From: Candidatus Latescibacterota bacterium
GTDB taxonomy: Bacteria; Latescibacterota; UBA2968; GCA-2709665
Assembly (NCBI GenBank): GCA_963667175.2
Contig: CAXXXF010000006.1
Location: 640,001-704,000 of the forward strand
Direction of reading: 5' to 3'
DNA: 64,000 bases
The position numbers and the translations under genes are program-made. This document shows positions 48,463 to 58,892 of this stretch, piece after piece. The notes under the pieces are model-generated. The model did not search any database and was not told where the DNA came from. It saw only the letters and a list, made by a program, of their open reading frames with translations. The first letter of the stretch is position 1. Each line of letters opens with the position of its first letter.

Positions 48463-50484
48463 ATGGCCGAAAGCGCCAGAATACGGATCGACGGGCGGCC
48501 GGGTGAAGTTCCGTTTCCGGGCATCCCCGACGTGGGCGACGGTGGCGATGCCGCCATCTGGGTGGAAAAACACATCAGCCAGGGCGCCTGCGCCTACCCC
48601 ATCACGTCGTCCTCCATTCTGGGCGAAAAATACAGCGCGGTGGTGGCCAATGGCGGGGTCAACCTGTGGGGCGATACCCTGATCTTCATAGAGCCCGAGT
48701 CCGAGCACAGTTCGGCTTCGGCGGCCGAAGGCTTTTCCGTGGCTGGCGGACGCGTCACCAACTTCACGTCCGGCCAGGGTCTGGTCCTGATGAAAGAGGT
48801 GCTCTATACCATCTCGGGCAAACGCCTGCCCGCCGTCTTCCACATCGGCGCGCGCGCGCTCACCTCGCAATCGCTCAACGTCCACGCCGGCCACGACGAC
48901 ATCATGGCCGTGGCCGACTGCGGCTGGGGCATCGTATTTGCCCGGAACACCCAGGAGGTCATGGACGTGACGCTCATCGCGCGACGCGCGGCGGAAGCCT
49001 CCCAGACACCGTTCATGGTCGTGCAGGACGGATTCCTCACAACCCATACGGTCCAGAACGTCATGGCCATCGAGCCCGAACTGATGAAGCTCTTCGTCGG
49101 ACGCCCGGAAGACAAGATCCAGAATCTCATGGACGTCGACAATCCGATGATGAGCGGCGTGGTACAGAACCAGGACAGCTATATGAAGGGCAAGATCGCC
49201 CAGAGGTACTTCTACGACCGCGTGCCCGACGACCTGCTGGAGGCCATGCATGAATTCTACAGGATGACCGGAAGGCGTTACGACATGCTCGACGGATACC
49301 GGCTCGAAGACGCCGAATACGTCATCGTGGGTATGGGCAGTATGCTCGAGACCGCCCTCACGGCCGTCGATTGGTTGCGGGATACCGAAGACCTGAAAGT
49401 CGGCGCTCTTCACGTCACGTCGTTCCGCCCGTTCCCGGGCGTGGAGATTGTGGAAGCCCTGAAGAACGCGAAGGCCATTTCCGTTGTGGAACGCATGGAC
49501 AACCCACTCGCGCAGTCCAATCCGCTTACCGCCGAAATCAAGGCCGCCTTCGCCGATGCCGCGGGGGGCATGAACGCATATCCACGAATCGAACGCATTC
49601 CCCGGATACTGTCCGGAATGGCCGGTCTGGGAAGCCGCGACGTCCGGCCGGGCGACTTCATATCCACGGTCAGAAACATGCAGGCGGCGGCGCCCGGGCA
49701 GAAGGAGCTTTTCGTTCTCAATATCGAACACGAACTTGCCCTCGACAGGCAGCCCGATCCGGCCATCAGGGAGATCGGCGCTTTCGCGATGCGCGGTCAC
49801 TCGGTGGGCGGGTACGGGTCGGTTACGACCAATAAAGTCATTGCCACGCTGCTGGCGAACCTGGGGCTTCACGTCCAGGCCTATCCGAAATACGGATCGG
49901 AAAAGAAGGGCCTGCCCACCACCTATTATCTCACCGCGGCCAATGAACACATCCGGACCCACTCCGAACTGGAAGTCGTGGACTTCGTGCCGCTCAACGA
50001 CGTCAACGCCTTCAATACCGCCAATCCCCTGGCAGGCGTTGTCGACGGCGGCATGGTCTTCATCCAGAGCCCCCACGTCGAAGCCGAAACGGTATGGGCC
50101 AATATCCCGGGATGGGCGAAAAAGGCGTTCCGCACCAAACGTATCAAACCCCTCGCCCTGGACGCCGTTAAAATCGCCCTGGAAGAGGCGCCCTCACCGG
50201 ACCTGATGCAGCGTTTCCAGGGGATCGTGCTACTCGGGATCTTCCTGAAACACACGCCTTTTCAGAAAGACCTGAACCTGACGGAAGACGAGCTGTTCGT
50301 CAACGTGGAGAACGCGGTCAACAAATACTGGGGCAATAAGGGCAGGGGGGTCGTGGACGCCAATATGAGCGCAATCATGAGAGGATACCGGGAAGTGTTC
50401 GAAGTCCCGAGGGAACTGATCGAAAGCACAATCGATCAGGAGACGGACGAACTTCCGGCGGGCCTGGTCACCATCGGATGCTGA
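48463..50484 (+). CDS. Pyruvate/2-oxoacid:ferredoxin oxidoreductase, alpha+gamma domains
   Basis: AYPIT, ESEHS, FTSGQGL.LM.E, AGHDD, SVGGYGSVT.NK, KYGSEKKG.PT. Confidence 0.9.
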   Translation: MAESARIRIDGRPGEVPFPGIPDVGDGGDAAIWVEKHISQGACAYPITSSSILGEKYSAVVANGGVNLWGDTLIFIEPESEHSSASAAEGFSVAGGRVTNFTSGQGLVLMKEVLYTISGKRLPAVFHIGARALTSQSLNVHAGHDDIMAVADCGWGIVFARNTQEVMDVTLIARRAAEASQTPFMVVQDGFLTTHTVQNVMAIEPELMKLFVGRPEDKIQNLMDVDNPMMSGVVQNQDSYMKGKIAQRYFYDRVPDDLLEAMHEFYRMTGRRYDMLDGYRLEDAEYVIVGMGSMLETALTAVDWLRDTEDLKVGALHVTSFRPFPGVEIVEALKNAKAISVVERMDNPLAQSNPLTAEIKAAFADAAGGMNAYPRIERIPRILSGMAGLGSRDVRPGDFISTVRNMQAAAPGQKELFVLNIEHELALDRQPDPAIREIGAFAMRGHSVGGYGSVTTNKVIATLLANLGLHVQAYPKYGSEKKGLPTTYYLTAANEHIRTHSELEVVDFVPLNDVNAFNTANPLAGVVDGGMVFIQSPHVEAETVWANIPGWAKKAFRTKRIKPLALDAVKIALEEAPSPDLMQRFQGIVLLGIFLKHTPFQKDLNLTEDELFVNVENAVNKYWGNKGRGVVDANMSAIMRGYREVFEVPRELIESTIDQETDELPAGLVTIGC

Positions 50485-50624
50485 CCTGCGGTTCCGACTT
50501 CTTCAACGGCGCAGTGCCTTCCGATATCGCGTTTCAGGCGCGCATCGGCGTCACCGCGCCACGCTCCGAACCCGCAACGATGACGTCAATTCCGAACGTA
50601 CAAGTCGAATCGGGAGTATAAACC

Positions 50625-52268
50625 ATGTCGACCAACGGCAAGAACGATCCCGCCACCCTGCTGAGCGTCAGTTCCCTGGAGGATATGGACGAGGCGCCGG
50701 TCTCCTCGTCGCCGCTCAACCTGCATACCCTGCTGGATATCGAAGACTTCAACGGGAGGGTCGTGGCGGGGTACAATACGGGCATTGCCGAACAGGGCCT
50801 GCCCGCGGACGTCGGCGTTGCGCGCAGCCTGGTGGGACCGGGTACCGGCGCCCTTCGCGACTTCAGCTACATCGCCCCCGAGATCCCGGAGTTCATCCAG
50901 GAAAACTGCGTCGGCTGCATGGACTGTGTAACGGAATGCCCGGATACGGCCATACTCGGCAAAATCACCACCCGTGAGGAACTTGACGCCGCCCTGGCCA
51001 AAACCACCGATCCGGAAACGAGAGAATTCCTGCGCAACCAGTTTTCCGAGACCTCGAAGTACTACAAAAACTTCGAGAAGAAAGGAAAAGAGGGCGCCTA
51101 TTTCGGCATCTTCATAGACCCCACCAAGTGCAAGGGGTGCGCCGAGTGCGTCGAGGTCTGCGCAGATAAAGACGCCCTGAAAATGGTCACCAAGACGGAA
51201 GAAAACCTGGAGGAATTCCGGGCCGCCTGGGACTTCTACAACGACCTCCCTGAATCTCCGAGCGAATACATCCTCGAAAAATCCGTTCAGGACATGATGC
51301 TTGCCGAGAGCTCTCTCCTCTACGTGGGCGGCGCCGGATCCTGCATGGGCTGCGGAGAAGCCACGGCCCTGCGCATGATGCTGGCCTCCACGGGTTATCT
51401 GCACGGCCCCGAAAACATCGGTCTCGTCGCCTCCACCGGCTGCAACACCGTCTACACCTCCACTTACCCGTACAACCCTTACACGGTGCCCTGGACCAAT
51501 TCGCTCTTCGAAAACGGGCCCACCGACGCCATGGGGGTTCGCGCCCGCTGGGACCAGATGGGCTGGGGGGACAAGAAGATCTGGGTGATCGGCGGCGACG
51601 GGGCCATGCTCGATATCGGATTCCAGGCGCTCTCGCGAATGCTCATGTCGGGCATGAACATCAACGTCCTGGTCCTTGATACCCAGGTCTACTCCAATAC
51701 CGGAGGACAGGCCTCCACCTCCAGTTACATGGGTCAGAACACCAAGATGTCCGTCCACGGCTCCGCGGTGCCCGGAAAAACCGAGCGCAGGAAGGAACTC
51801 GGCCAGATCTGCATGATGCATCCGGACACCTTCGTTGCGCAGACCATCTGCAGCCTTCAGAACCACTTCTACCGGGCAATCGCCGCGGCCAACGAATTCG
51901 ACGGACCGGCCGTAATCAACGTCTTCACCACGTGCCAGCCCGAACACGGGGTGGGAGACCACCTGGCCGGACACCAGGCCAAACTCGCCATGGAATCCAG
52001 GGCGTTCCCCATCTTCATCTACGACCCGCGCAAGGGAGAACGCATCAAGGAACGGCTGGATCTCCGGGGCAACCCCGCAGTCAAGGAAGACTGGTATACC
52101 ATCCGAAAAACCGGCGAAACCGTCGACTTCGTTACGTTCGCCCGGACCGAAGGGCGTTTCGCCAAGCACTTCGACAGAGACGGAAACCCGTCCGAAACCC
52201 TTTTGGCCGCCCAGGAAGACCGCCGGCAGAACTGGCGCATGCTCCAGGAGATGGCCGGCATCATCTGA
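50625..52268 (+). CDS. Pyruvate/2-oxoacid:ferredoxin oxidoreductase, ferredoxin (delta)+beta domains
   Basis: CVGCMDCVTECP and CKGCAECVEVC; GSCMGCGE; GGDGAMLDIG; YSNTGGQ; CQPEHG. Confidence 0.9.
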   Translation: MSTNGKNDPATLLSVSSLEDMDEAPVSSSPLNLHTLLDIEDFNGRVVAGYNTGIAEQGLPADVGVARSLVGPGTGALRDFSYIAPEIPEFIQENCVGCMDCVTECPDTAILGKITTREELDAALAKTTDPETREFLRNQFSETSKYYKNFEKKGKEGAYFGIFIDPTKCKGCAECVEVCADKDALKMVTKTEENLEEFRAAWDFYNDLPESPSEYILEKSVQDMMLAESSLLYVGGAGSCMGCGEATALRMMLASTGYLHGPENIGLVASTGCNTVYTSTYPYNPYTVPWTNSLFENGPTDAMGVRARWDQMGWGDKKIWVIGGDGAMLDIGFQALSRMLMSGMNINVLVLDTQVYSNTGGQASTSSYMGQNTKMSVHGSAVPGKTERRKELGQICMMHPDTFVAQTICSLQNHFYRAIAAANEFDGPAVINVFTTCQPEHGVGDHLAGHQAKLAMESRAFPIFIYDPRKGERIKERLDLRGNPAVKEDWYTIRKTGETVDFVTFARTEGRFAKHFDRDGNPSETLLAAQEDRRQNWRMLQEMAGII

Positions 52269-52301
52269 AAACGCAGCAGACGTCGCCGCGGATCGACACG
52301 T

Positions 52302-52338
52302 GAAAAGCCTCCGGAGGCGTGCCTCCCGGGGCTTTTTC
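52302..52338 (+). terminator. Intrinsic terminator (possibly bidirectional)
   Basis: AAAAGCCTCCGGAGGC-GT-GCCTCCCGGGGCTTTTT. Confidence 0.7.
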
Positions 52339-52384
52339 CATTTTGGTCCCGCTCAGACCGCGACCGCGCCAAAGGGCAACAAAT

Positions 52385-52413
52385 TTGACTTTTCGGGCGT
52401 CTACCGGTAAATT
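52385..52413 (+). promoter_or_regulatory. sigma70 promoter for aceEF-lpdA
   Basis: TTGACT-17-TAAATT. Confidence 0.65.
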
Positions 52414-52441
52414 CAGGGGCCGATCGGCGGATGATGGAGTT

Positions 52442-52496
52442 TAATTTCAGCCACGATTTTTTTCGTTTTTTTCGCGTGTTTTGTCGTTTATGACGT
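52442..52496. repeat. Second copy of the T-rich repeat at 28577-28630
   Basis: TAATTTCAGCCACGATTTTTTTCGTTTTTTTCGCGTGTTTTGTCGTTTATGACGT. Confidence 0.7.
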
Positions 52497-52528
52497 CATT
52501 ATCCAGGTAGCTTCCAGCGAGGCCGTTC

Positions 52529-55231
52529 ATGTCAGATAAAGTCGTCCGAATCCCCTCCCGTGACGTCGACCCCGCCGAAACCCAGGACTGGATTGAATCG
52601 CTCGACTACGCCCTGAAAAACTACGGTCCCGACCGGGTGCGCTTCCTGTTCAAGAAAATCGAAGAGTGGGCGCACCGCGCCGAGGTGGTCATCCCCTTCA
52701 GCGCGAATACGCCCTACATCAACACCATCCCGGTGGACCAGCAGCACCCGTATCCCGGCAACCGGGAAATCGAACGCCGCATCAAGAGCATCATCCGCTG
52801 GAACGCCATGGCCATGGTGGTCCGCGCCAACCGCGAATACGACGGCATCGGCGGCCACATTTCCACGTACGCGTCCGCCGCCACGCTGCTCGAGGTGGGG
52901 TTCGACCACTTCTTTCACGGCCGCGGAAACGGCTTCGTGGGCGACCAGGTGTACTTCCAGGGGCACGCCGCGCCGGGCGTCTACGCGCGGGCCTTCCTCG
53001 AAGGCCGGATCGACGAGCAGGCCCTTGAGAATTTCCGCAGGGACCTCCGCCGCCCCGGCGGGCTGTCCTCCTACCCGCACCCCTGGCTGATGCCCGACTT
53101 CTGGGAATACCCCACGGTCTCGATGGGCCTGGCGCCCATCATGGGCATCTATCACGCGCGGTTCAACCGCTACCTGGAAGATCGCGGCCTCAAAGACACG
53201 TCCGGGTCCCACGTGTGGGTATTCATGGGCGACGGTGAAACGGACGAGCCCGAATCGCTCGGCGCAATCACCCTGGCCTCCAGGGAAAAGCTGGACAACC
53301 TCATCTTCGTGATCAACTGCAACCTCCAGCGCCTGGACGGCCCGGTACGCGGCAACGGCAAAATCGTCCAGGAATTGGAAGCCGCGTTCCGCGGCGCCGG
53401 CTGGAACGTCATCAAGGTGATCTGGGGCGACGACTGGGACCCGTTGCTGGCCCGGGACGACGACGGGATTCTCGCCCAGCGCATGAACGACGTGGTAGAC
53501 GGCCAATACCAGAAATACACGGTAGAATCGGGCGACTACATCCGCAGAGACTTCTTCGGCGTCCATCCGGATCTGCTGGATATGGTCGACCACCTTTCCG
53601 ACGAACAGCTTCAGAAAATGCGCCGGGGCGGGCACGACCCGGAAAAAGTCTACGCCGCGTACAGGTCGGCCGTGGAGCACCGGGGTTCGCCCACCGTCAT
53701 CCTGGCGAAGACGATCAAGGGATACGGCGTCGGCGAGTCCGGTGAAGGCCGGAACGTCACCCACCAGCAGAAGAAGCTGAACGAAGACGAACTGCGGGAA
53801 TTCCGGTCCCGCTTCGGGATTCCCATTTCGGACGACGAAGTCGCTGCCGCGCCTTTCTACCGGCCTCCCGAAGACAGTCCGGAAATCAGATATATGAAGC
53901 GGCGCCGGGAGGAACTGGGCGGCTACCTCCCCTGCCGGCAGGTCAACACGGAGCCACTCGCCGTTCCCGGGCTGGACCTGTTCGACGAATTCCTGAAGGG
54001 CACGCAGGGGCGGCAGGCCTCCACGACGATGGCCTTCGTCCGGATGTTCTCGATGCTCCTGCGCGATCCCGAAATCGGCAAACTCATCGTGCCCATCATT
54101 CCGGACGAAGCCCGCACGTTCGGCATGGAACCGCTCTTCCGGCAATGCGGCATCTACTCGCGCGTCGGCCAACTCTACGAGCCCGTAGACGCGGATCGAC
54201 TTCTGTATTACCGGGAGGTCCGGGAAGGCCAGATCCTGGAGGAAGGCATCAACGAAGCCGGCTCCATGTGCTCGTTCATCGCCGCCGGCACCGCCTATGC
54301 CACTTGCGGCGTGAACACCATCCCGTTCTTCATCTACTACTCCATGTTCGGCTTTCAGCGCATCGGCGACCTGATCTGGGCCGCCGCGGATATGCGCTGC
54401 AAGGGTTTCCTCCTGGGAGGAACGGCGGGCAGGACCACGTTGAACGGCGAGGGTCTCCAGCACCAGGACGGCCACAGCCACGTGCTGGCCAATACCGTCC
54501 CCAACCTGCTCACCTACGATCCGGCGTACGCTTACGAAATCGCGGTCATCGTTCAGGACGGGATCCGGCGTATGTACGGTGATCAGGAAGACGTCTTCTA
54601 TTATCTCACGCTGGGCAACGAACCCTACGACATGCCGGCCATGCCCGACGGCGCCGAGGAAGGCATTATCAAAGGCATTTATAAACTCAAGCCGGAATCT
54701 CTTGCAGACGCGGCGCATCACGTTCAACTCCTGGGCAGCGGCGCCATTCTGAGAGAAGCCATTCGCGCCCGGAGCATTCTGGCTGAACGATACGGCGTCT
54801 CCGCGCAGGTCTGGAGCGTTACCAGCTACAAGGAACTTCGGAGAGACGCCCTCGAAACCGAGCGCTGGAACCGGCTGCACCCCGCGGAACCGGCGCGCAA
54901 ACCCTACGTCACGGAAGTGCTCGAAGACGCCCGGGGCCCGGTCGTGGCCGCTTCCGATTACATGAAAATCCTGCCCGACATGATCCGCCCCTGGGCGCCG
55001 CAGGATCTTGTCGCGCTCGGTACCGACGGCTTCGGAAGAAGCGATACCCGAGAAGCGCTTCGCAGGCACTTCGAAGTCGATGCCGAATCCATCGTCGTCG
55101 CCGCGCTCCACGCGCTCTCGAAACAGGGCCGGATCGGGAGCGACCGGGTCGCAAACGCCATCCGGGATCTTCGCGTCGACCCCGAAAAAGCCAATCCGGT
55201 CGCGGCCGGGCCGACGTTGAGTTACGGATAG
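52529..55231 (+). CDS. aceE: Pyruvate dehydrogenase E1, homodimeric type
   Basis: DVDP.ET..W..SL, GGHI, QGHA.PG.YARAFLEGR, GDGETDEPE, GRTTLNGEGLQH, GTDGFGRSD. Confidence 0.96.
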   Translation: MSDKVVRIPSRDVDPAETQDWIESLDYALKNYGPDRVRFLFKKIEEWAHRAEVVIPFSANTPYINTIPVDQQHPYPGNREIERRIKSIIRWNAMAMVVRANREYDGIGGHISTYASAATLLEVGFDHFFHGRGNGFVGDQVYFQGHAAPGVYARAFLEGRIDEQALENFRRDLRRPGGLSSYPHPWLMPDFWEYPTVSMGLAPIMGIYHARFNRYLEDRGLKDTSGSHVWVFMGDGETDEPESLGAITLASREKLDNLIFVINCNLQRLDGPVRGNGKIVQELEAAFRGAGWNVIKVIWGDDWDPLLARDDDGILAQRMNDVVDGQYQKYTVESGDYIRRDFFGVHPDLLDMVDHLSDEQLQKMRRGGHDPEKVYAAYRSAVEHRGSPTVILAKTIKGYGVGESGEGRNVTHQQKKLNEDELREFRSRFGIPISDDEVAAAPFYRPPEDSPEIRYMKRRREELGGYLPCRQVNTEPLAVPGLDLFDEFLKGTQGRQASTTMAFVRMFSMLLRDPEIGKLIVPIIPDEARTFGMEPLFRQCGIYSRVGQLYEPVDADRLLYYREVREGQILEEGINEAGSMCSFIAAGTAYATCGVNTIPFFIYYSMFGFQRIGDLIWAAADMRCKGFLLGGTAGRTTLNGEGLQHQDGHSHVLANTVPNLLTYDPAYAYEIAVIVQDGIRRMYGDQEDVFYYLTLGNEPYDMPAMPDGAEEGIIKGIYKLKPESLADAAHHVQLLGSGAILREAIRARSILAERYGVSAQVWSVTSYKELRRDALETERWNRLHPAEPARKPYVTEVLEDARGPVVAASDYMKILPDMIRPWAPQDLVALGTDGFGRSDTREALRRHFEVDAESIVVAALHALSKQGRIGSDRVANAIRDLRVDPEKANPVAAGPTLSYG

Positions 55232-55273
55232 TCGTGTGGCGCCGCCGTCTGGGCCGCCCGCAAAGGAGGAGCC

Positions 55274-56566
55274 GTGGCTGAGGAATTCAGACTTCCGGAC
55301 CTGGGCGAAGGCATCGATCGGGGCGACGTGGTGCGCGTCATGGTCTCCGAAGGAGATTCGATCGAGGTCGATCAGCCCGTGATCGAGCTGGAGACCGACA
55401 AGGCGCTGGTTGAAGTCCCGTCTTCAGTCGCCGGAACGGTCGCGTCGGTCAACGTCAGGAACGGCGACAGCGTCTCGCCCGGAACCGTGCTCATTTCCGT
55501 CGAAACGGCCCGGGGATCCGACGCGCGGAACGCCGAACGGGAATCACAGAGCGTCGAACGGAAAGCCAAGCCGCCTCCGCCGGAATCGCCCGAAGAGCGA
55601 CAGACGCCGCCCGCGCCCGTCAACGCCAACCTGGACGAAGAACCGGCCGGGCCGGCGGCAACCGAACAGGTCACCGTGCCGGCCGCGCCATCCGTACGCC
55701 GATTCGCGCGCGAACTCGGCGTCGACCTGCGCCAGGTCCCCGGCAGCGGCGCCGGCGGCCGGATCACGCGGGACGACGTAAAGAGCTACGTGCAGATCTC
55801 ACTGAACGACGCTGCGACGGCCGGTCCCGTCGTCGCGCCCGACCTGCCCGACTTCACACGGTGGGGCCGCGTCGAGCGCGAGCCCCTGCCGGGCGTCCGA
55901 AGGACCATTGCGCAGAACGTTGCCATTTCGTGGGCGCAGGTCCCGCACGTCACGCAGTTCGATCGGGCCGACGTGACGGACCTGGAGGCGTTCCGGCAGC
56001 GGCACAAGGCCGGCGGCGAGGCCCGGCGCGGCAGGCTCACGCCCACGGCATTTGTGCTCAAAGCCGTCGTCAACGCCCTGAAAGCCTTTCCGCGATTCAA
56101 CGCCAGCCTGGACCTTGCCGCCGGTCAGCTCATCCTCAAGCACTACTACCACGTCGGCGTGGCCGTCGACACGGAGCGCGGCCTCCTCGTGCCGGTGATC
56201 CGCGACGTCGAACGCAAAGACGTCTTCGAACTGGCCGCTGAACTCGACGACCTCGCCACGCGCGCACGTGAGGGACGGGCCGACGTCGAAGAGCTTCAGG
56301 GCGGGACGTTTACCGTCACCAATCTGGGCGGCATCGGCGGCGGCGCCTTCACGCCCATCGTCAACTTCCCCGAAGTCGCCATCCTCGGCATGGGGCGGTC
56401 CCGACCCGAACCGGCCGTACACGGCGGGCGCATCGAGTCCCGGCTCATCATGCCGATCTGCCTGTCGTACGACCACCGGGTGGTCGACGGCGCCGACGGC
56501 GCGCGATTTACCAGACGTCTGGTCGCGTCCCTCGAAGACCCGGAACGCATGCTGCTCGGTGGATAG
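55274..56566 (+). CDS. aceF: Dihydrolipoamide acetyltransferase E2 (one lipoyl domain)
   Basis: LETDKA lipoyl, PAAPSVRRFARE E3-binding, YDHRVVDG. Confidence 0.93.
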   Translation: MAEEFRLPDLGEGIDRGDVVRVMVSEGDSIEVDQPVIELETDKALVEVPSSVAGTVASVNVRNGDSVSPGTVLISVETARGSDARNAERESQSVERKAKPPPPESPEERQTPPAPVNANLDEEPAGPAATEQVTVPAAPSVRRFARELGVDLRQVPGSGAGGRITRDDVKSYVQISLNDAATAGPVVAPDLPDFTRWGRVEREPLPGVRRTIAQNVAISWAQVPHVTQFDRADVTDLEAFRQRHKAGGEARRGRLTPTAFVLKAVVNALKAFPRFNASLDLAAGQLILKHYYHVGVAVDTERGLLVPVIRDVERKDVFELAAELDDLATRAREGRADVEELQGGTFTVTNLGGIGGGAFTPIVNFPEVAILGMGRSRPEPAVHGGRIESRLIMPICLSYDHRVVDGADGARFTRRLVASLEDPERMLLGG

Positions 56567-56629
56567 CGGGCATCAGGAAACGCGGCGGCCCGCGTCATGG
56601 CCACGCGGGTACACCTGTCCGGAGCGATC

Positions 56630-58050
56630 ATGCCGGAAGTAACCCACAAGACCGACCTCCTCGTGATCGGCGGCGGGCCCGGCGGCTACGCCGCCGCATT
56701 CAGAGCGGCGGACCTCGGCGTTCCCGTAACCCTGGTGGAGGCCGACGACCGCCTCGGGGGCACGTGCCTGCTCCGGGGTTGCATCCCGTCCAAGGCCCTG
56801 CTTCACGTCGCGAGTCTGATCGCCGAATCGCGAGAAGCGGCGGCGTGCGGATTGACGTTTGCGGAACCGGAGATCGATCTGGTCAAAATGCGGAAGTGGA
56901 AAGACGGAATCCTCACGAAGCTCTCGCGCGGCCTCGACGCCCTTTGCAAACGCCGCAGGGTTACGCGGATCCGCGGCCGCGCCGCCTTCGAGGCTTCCAG
57001 CCGGGTCCGCGTTTCCGGGAATGACGACGTCTCTCATATTGACTTCGTCCATGCCGTCGTCGCCACGGGCTCCCGGCCGGCGGCGCCTCCGGTCTTCGCC
57101 ATTGACAGTCCGAAGATCCTGGATTCGAACAGAGCGCTCGAACTGGAGAACGTCCCGGATCGTCTGCTGGCCGTCGGCGGCGGGATCATCGGTCTGGAGC
57201 TGAGCACCGTCTACGCGCAACTCGGAAGCCGGGTGACGCTCGTCGAGATCACCGGCGGCCTCCTGCCCGGGGTGGACCGGGATCTGGTCAAGCCCCTGCA
57301 AAAACGCCTCGAAGGCATGTTCGACGGCATCCATTGCAACACCGCCGTGGCCTCCCTGGAAGAAGACGGTCGCGAGATTGCCGCGAATTTCGAGGGGGAC
57401 TACCGGGACGGCCCACAAACCTTCGACAGCGTCCTGGTCTCGGCCGGCCGGGTCCCAAACACCGAAACCCTGGGCCTGGAGAAGACTGGCGCGGGGCTCT
57501 CGGATGCCGGATTCATCATCGTCGACGACCATTTGCGAACGGCCGACAGCCGCATCTTTGCCATCGGCGACGTGGTGGACGGTCCCGGGCTCGCCCACAA
57601 AGCCGCCCACCAGGGAAAGGTTGCCGCGGAAGTCATCGCGGGGCAGCCCGCGGCCTTTGACGGCGTCGTCCCTTCCGTTGTGTACACGGACCCCGAAATC
57701 GCGTGGTGCGGCCTGACGGAAACCGAAGCGCGGGCGCAGGACCGCCCCGTCAAAACCGCCCGCTATCCCTGGGCCGCCTCGGGCAGGGCCGCCACGCTGG
57801 GCCGTACCGAGGGGCTCACGAAACTGATATTCGACCCCGAGACCCGCCGAATCCTGGGGGCGGGGATCGTGGGTCCCAACGCCGGCGAGCTCATCGCGGA
57901 AGCCGTGCTCGGCATCGAGATGGGCAGCCGTCGCCGAAGACCTCGCGCACACGATCCACCCCCCATCCCTCCCTCGCGGAATCCCTGGGCATCGCCGCGG
58001 AGATCCACCTGGGTACCGCAACCGACCTGTACGTCCCGCGAAGGCGGTAG
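56630..58050 (+). CDS. lpdA: Dihydrolipoamide dehydrogenase E3 (two +1 indels near the 3' end, probably sequencing artefacts)
   Basis: GGGPGGY, GGTCLLRGCIPSK; removing A57926 and one C of 57959-57964 restores EMGAVAEDLAHTIHPHPSLAES. Confidence 0.9.
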
Positions 58051-58242
58051 GTGAACCCTCTGCGGGAAACGCTACTCGCACCTGCGCTGCGGGCAGGTCG
58101 AAACACCATCTTCACTCCCTTGAATGCACCTCGACAACCTGCCTCATCCCTCTCTCGCTCTCACTCCAATCCGGATCTTATTTCCTGGAGCCGCGCACAC
58201 AGCGCTTGAGGCGATTCGACGCACCGGTCCTCATACGTCCTA

Positions 58243-58280
58243 TTGCAAAATGTCAGTTTATATGATATATTTCTGACATT
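58243..58280 (+). promoter_or_regulatory. Promoter with AbiEi-type operator
   Basis: TTGCAA-17-TATATT; IR AATGTCAG...CTGACATT. Confidence 0.7.
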
Positions 58281-58293
58281 CAGGAGGTGGATC

Positions 58294-58892
58294 ATGTCCA
58301 GCCTGCCTAAACGGATTGTGAAACTCGCCGCGGAGTTACCGGAAGGCGCACTGCTGTCCCCAGGTGCTCTTCTTCACCTGGGAACCCGCGCTGCAATCGA
58401 TCAGGCGCTGTCCCGTCTTGCCCGCAAGGGGGACCTTCTGCGGGTCTGCCAGGGCCTCTATGTCCGGCCCATTCAGACCCGCTTCGGTCCTCGTCCGCCT
58501 GCCGTTGAGAAAGTGATCGCATCGCTCTCCGACCTCTGGGGCGAGACGATTGTGCCCTGTGGGGGGCGTAGCGGCGAATGCCCTTGGACTCACCACACAG
58601 GTGCCGGTGCGGTCGGTTTATCTGACCTCGGGCCCCGCTCGCAGGCTGTACCCTGGGTAAGTTGGCAGTTGTACTGCGCCATGCTCCGCGTTGGCAGTTG
58701 GCAGCGCCGTACCGACCAGCAGGCGACGTGGTTCGCGCCATGTCATGGCTGGGTCCGTACGAAGTTGAGGCGGCCCTGGACGTGATTGGGCGCAGGCTCT
58801 CAGCCGAAGACCTTGGCGAGTTGGCCGCATCGCGTGCTGTAATGCCGGCATGGATGGCAGAACCCGTGAGCGCAATGGTTGCCAATGGCTGA
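58294..58892 (+). CDS. DUF6088/AbiEi-like type IV antitoxin (two +1 homopolymer frameshifts)
   Basis: LLHLG.RAA.DQALSRL.R.G.L.R..QG.YV.P..TRFG; corrected frame AANALGLTTQVP...YLTSG; ends MP.WMA. Confidence 0.8.

Noticed and set aside
48283-52169. 597-aa and 527-aa minus-strand ORFs
   Set aside because: Antisense shadows of the PFOR genes
52532-55111. 859-aa minus-strand ORF
   Set aside because: Antisense shadow of aceE caused by GC-rich codon bias; no motifs
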